From: Octopus sinensis
Taxonomy: Eukaryota
Direction of reading: 5' to 3'
Assembly (NCBI RefSeq): GCF_006345805.1
Contig: NC_043014.1
Coordinates: 54,746,001 to 54,810,000 of the forward strand
Length of the DNA stretch: 64,000 bases
Positions 61,941 through 64,000 of the stretch are shown here, piece after piece (position 1 is the first letter of the stretch; every line of letters starts with the position of its first letter). A program made the position numbers and the translations under genes. The notes beneath the pieces were generated by a model that searched no databases, was not told the origin of the DNA, and was given only the letters and a program-made list of their open reading frames with translations.

Positions 61941-62808
61941 TTAATAATAATAAGAAGAAGAAGAAGACACTTGACAAGAAATGGAGGCAAAATTGAAGGG
62001 GAGAGAAAGAGTGAAACTTACAGGTGACCCTGAACTTTATAGGTTTCTTGTCAGATGGGGAAGCAAGGTGTCCCCATCCTCCACCTCCTCATTACATTCA
62101 CTGGGTTTCGCTTGCTGTTGTTGTTGTTGTTGTTGTCCTCTCCTCCTGAAAGCTGTTCTTTTGATGGTCACCTTCAACAAAACATGCAGAATAATTATTT
62201 CAGATTTTTGCCATAAGGGCAGCCTGGGGATGAGTCAGTTAGATCGACCCCCCGACTCCTTCCCCACCAGTGTTGTTCAACTGGTACTTTATTTATCGAC
62301 CCCCAAAAGGATGAAAGGCAAAATCAACCTCGGCGGAATTTGAACTCGGAAAGCAGCAACGGGCGAAATACTGCAAAGCATTTCTGCCAGTTCACTACCT
62401 TGGACAATAGATGGGGTGGTCATGGTGATGCGGAATACTTGTGGTATCGAGGGAGATAGGGTGGCAGGGGTGTAATAAAGGGTTGACCCCTTTATTACCA
62501 GGCACAGTCCATCTTGAATTACACATAGCCACAATGGTTGAGTGTTCCATAGACATTTGTATCCGTAACTTAATCCTGCCTCAACAGAATCTGTGGTGGA
62601 TCCAGATGCTGCAGAGGAGCACTGAATCCAGGAACTCCGGATTGCAAACCAAAATTCTCTGCAATTTGTCAGATGAAAAGTTGTAAATGGAATCATGTGA
62701 ATGTATGAGTAGAAACACAGTCACGACATTCGCTGCATACATATACACATCCACACAATGGGCAGCAGTTGGCATTATAAACACACACAACCCATTTTCT
62801 ACATACAT

Positions 62809-63203
62809 GCGCAGGAGTGGCTGTGTGGTAAGTAGCTTGCTAACCAACCACATGGTACCGGGTTCAGTCCCACTGCGTGGCATCTTGGGCAAGTGTCTTC
62901 TGCTATAGCCTCGGGCCGACCAATGCCTTGTGAGTGGATTTGGTAGACGGAAACTGAAAGAAGCCTGTCGTATATATGTATATATATATATATGTATGTG
63001 TGTGTGTTTGTCCCCCTAGCATTGCTTGACAACCGATGTTGGTGTGTTTACGTCCCCGTCACTTAGCGGTTCGGCAAAAGAGACCGATAGAATAAGTACT
63101 GGGCTTACAAAGAATAAGTCCCGGGGTCGATTTGCTCGACTAAAGGCAGTGCTCCAGCATGGCCACAGTCAAATGACTGAAACAAGTAAAAGAGTAAAAG
63201 AGT
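62809..63203 (+). mobile_element. Family-A SINE, full length
   Basis: Family consensus. Confidence 0.9.
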
Positions 63204-63406
63204 ATGCTTACAAACACTACAGACACACCACAACAGAGATATATCAATAACAAACAAGTAACCACAGAGTTTTCGTAGAATCTAGATACCTACGCTCGTT
63301 CATTGTTACGTAACTTGATGTCGTCAATTCCGATTTATCTTCACGTGTTTTTCCTCTCTTGTAACTGTTAAATGAAAAAAAATAATAAACACTTTTATAT
63401 ATATAA

Positions 63407-63797
63407 CTAGCAGTATCGCCCGGCGTTGCTCGGGTTTGTAAGGGAAATAACTATATAAGCATTTTTAGAGATGTAAAGTATAATAGCCATCTCAATATGG
63501 CTAACCACAAAGGGTGGGGGTGTTACTGTAGCTTTTTACGTTCTGAGATTTAATAATAAATTTTTAGAGAGTTACTTCCCTTATATAATAGCAAAAAAAT
63601 GCATTAAAAATGGGAAAAAATGATGGTAATTTTTTTTTAAATCGTAGACGCGCGCTAATACCCAGAAGGGCTCGATATGAATCACGACTATAAGATACCC
63701 GGTTTTGGTTAAACTGCACCGCAAAATGTGGGAGTAGTTAGGAATCTAAATCGTAGGAGACAGACAGCACACAACCACACTTTTATATATATATAGA
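63407..63797 (-). mobile_element. Non-autonomous Helitron (391 bp)
   Basis: Minus strand: A|TC...subterminal GC hairpin (CCCGAGCAACGCCGGG)...CTAG|T, with no TSD. These are the canonical Helitron ends. Confidence 0.85.
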
Positions 63798-63804
63798 TAT
63801 ATAC

Positions 63805-64000
63805 TGAGATATGGATGCTGAACTCACAATGAAAATAATGCAATAAAGAGTATGCTCAAAGCAAAGCCATCGATGCCATATGTGCCAGACTCTTCAACAG
63901 TACCGTTCTACCTGTGCTGTTATATGCAGGTGAGATGTGGACTGCTTCGAAGAGGATACATCATTGATGGTCTACGAGGCAAAAGGCCATGGAAAGATCT
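63805..64000 (+). mobile_element. Degenerate RTE-type LINE ORF2 fragment running off the window edge
   Basis: ARLFNSTVLPVLLYAGEMWT...QKAMERS, with frameshifts. Confidence 0.75.

Noticed and set aside
9664-63203. tRNA genes suggested by A/B-box sequences
   Set aside because: All are SINE heads that continue into repeat bodies without a full cloverleaf or terminator.

Overview
Repeat-dense animal genomic DNA. The SINE families and the heavy (TA)n/(CA)n/(CAT)n load point to a coleoid cephalopod, most likely Octopus; this is an inference. One protein-coding gene dominates: DNA topoisomerase I (TOP1, type IB) on the + strand. I reconstruct 19 coding exons from 2309 to 55525. All introns are GT-AG and every phase matches. 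The CDS is 2697 nt, encoding 898 aa. The catalytic residues R621/K665/R723/H765/Y856 sit at a constant +133 offset from human R488/K532/R590/H632/Y723. Exon 1 (42 coding nt) and exon 2 (31 nt) lie behind a promoter with NRF1- and YY1-like motifs, and a 28.6-kb intron separates them from exon 3. The rest of the window is tRNA-derived SINEs of at least 4-5 families (labelled A-G here), TTAA-flanked piggyBac-like MITEs, a hAT MITE, Helitron-like elements, LINE fragments (RTE, RTE-X, L2/CR1) and microsatellites. The most unusual observations are: (1) the exon-6 splice donor is amplified into four 27-bp tandem copies, and any downstream copy would add a stop codon; (2) a 10-copy ATGCATTGAAAC minisatellite lies just upstream of the promoter; (3) candidate in-frame alternative first exons and a pre-miRNA-like hairpin lie in intron 2; (4) inverted SINE and MITE pairs could form dsRNA in the pre-mRNA. 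All coordinates were read by eye, and repeat boundaries are approximate unless TSDs or TIRs are quoted. No new enzymatic system was found.
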